Part shown: piece by piece, positions 62,601-64,000 of the stretch
Numbering within the stretch: position 1 is the first letter of the stretch
Layout of the letters: every line of letters begins with the position of its first letter
Source of the DNA: Pocillopora damicornis
Lineage: Eukaryota
Length of the DNA stretch: 64,000 nucleotides
Assembly: GCF_003704095.1 (NCBI RefSeq)
Contig: NW_020846747.1
Coordinates: forward strand, 434,001 to 498,000
Direction: 5' to 3'
Made by a program: the position numbers and the translations under genes
Notes under the pieces: model-generated
The model's input: only the letters and a program-made list of their open reading frames with translations
The model's database searches: none
What the model was told of the DNA's origin: nothing

Positions 62601-63524
62601 AGATATACTTAAGAAACTTCTACCCGGCGACTTAAAGATCGTGGCAATCCATCAAATTTTGCCAACTTATTATCCGTGATGCTCCGCTTTCTCTTCTGTA
62701 TGTGTTCGATATCGGTCCCATAAGTTATCTTGTTTTTGTTTTGTTTTGTTGTTGTTGTTTTTTCTACGATAGTTAATCTGTCTGTTGTGATCACCGCCTA
62801 GTCTGAGCTCATCTGAAGCTGTCATTGAAATATACATTCTAAACCTGACCGATTGCCTTTGTTCTCTTGGCCGCGCCGTTAAATTCTCCGCGTTTTTCCG
62901 TCAAAGCAGGTGTATGTATGACGCTTTTCAGCACGTAAAGAACGGACCTTTTCCTTACTAACCACTAGACGCCAAACTGTTGTACGTCACTTTTTTTTGG
63001 CAATGTAGCCGCTAAGACAGGAGGATAGAATTTGGAACTCTTTTGGTTTTCCACTGTTATCACAGGCAACCGCATTCTGAATCATCACGATTTTCATAAA
63101 ATAGCAGGATTAATGGAACCTGTACTTTCAACTGGTTGTTAAATAGTAGCACAGTTGAGTTCCCCGTTTCATGAAAGTCTGGTTCACTCATTCCTCAGCA
63201 AATGTAAAACATTAAGGCGTTTACTGAAGCAACTACAATTAAGTTCTTGCCGAAAATAAAGCGGGTACGTTTTAAATACCATGAAGCCTTTCAGGTTCTT
63301 TGACCATTTGAAAACGGAGTGAAACCAGAGCAGATATATGTATTTTATCATTCATTTATTTTGAGCCGTTATGGAACATGATTTGGTGGGGTTTATCAAA
63401 TCAATCATAGTTATTTTAACTTCGGTTATGCCATGAAATGACGAAAGGTTCTTGGCATTAAAATTACGCAAATGCAATTTATGTCAAAGAAGTCTCAAAA
63501 ATATCATTTTTTTTTTCATCTCTA

Positions 63525-63887
63525 CCTTCGTCTTCTTTTATGAGTAAAAAAGGTGCTTTTTTCCTCCATCGCACTTCCGGATCGCTCAGACTGTTTTCCT
63601 TTTTTCCACAAAGGGGCGCAAAGTTTGTTTTCGCAGTTTCACTTCCGGTTTTTATAGCTGTCGAACTTCCGAAGTTGTTACAGAAGGCTATTATCCAACA
63701 AATCACGGACGTTAAACTGTTTGCATATCCGCCTAAACAACACGACCATTTTTCCACTCATGGTATAAATACGACTTTCCACCAGATAATCCAACATCAC
63801 AACGTTTTGCACCTAGAGGCCGTGTCAAACGCAGAACAACCAGTGCACAATGACCGTCACGAAGATATATATCCTTTACTTCTTCAT
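63525..63887 (-). pseudogene. Possible decayed secreted Cys-loop peptide precursor
   Basis: One frame from ATG 63887: MKK*RIYIFVTVIVHWLFCV*HGL*...LL*QLRKFDSYKNRK*NCENKLCAPLWKKGKQ. It has a signal-like hydrophobic start and a basic site before a C-x4-C peptide followed by GK, with five in-frame stops. Confidence 0.3.
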
Positions 63888-64000
63888 CGCCACGCTTCTT
63901 CTCGATTCCGTGAAGAAATCTGAATGTTCCTCTGATAAATGGATTTTTTCTGGAAAGATGGCAGCTGGCTTCTCCACTCAAAAACGTCCCAAACGAAGCC

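Noticed and set aside
63479-63981. ORF-track ORFs of 82-127 aa at the right edge
   Set aside because: No recognisable domain; only the stop-interrupted frame reported above showed precursor-like structure.

Overview
Eukaryotic, AT-rich animal DNA with GT-AG introns and N gaps. The repeat landscape looks like a stony coral, possibly a pocilloporid (inference from pattern recognition, not a search). Left half: a clan-2 (CYP17/CYP1-like) cytochrome P450 cluster with intronless coding regions. It holds one gene truncated by the window edge, two intact head-to-head genes, two pseudogenes and several candidate TATA-Inr-donor non-coding first exons. Middle: an intronless Mab21/cGAS-like receptor with hydrophobic helices at both ends, a spliced Hv1-like voltage-gated proton channel gene that the ORF track misses (Glu at the selectivity-filter position), and an 11-exon POM121-like FG nucleoporin. 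Right end: three tandem paralogous genes for small secreted prepropeptides, each predicted to release a short cationic single-disulfide loop peptide (core C-x0-2-II-x-x-R-[YH]-R-x3-4-C, two with a GKR amidation signal), plus a possible decayed fourth precursor. I do not recognise this peptide family, and it is the best candidate for an undescribed system. Interspersed elements include hammerhead-ribozyme-like repeats, SINEs, MITEs, a Penelope-like RT fragment and a long foldback element. All gene models were read by eye and need RNA-seq confirmation.
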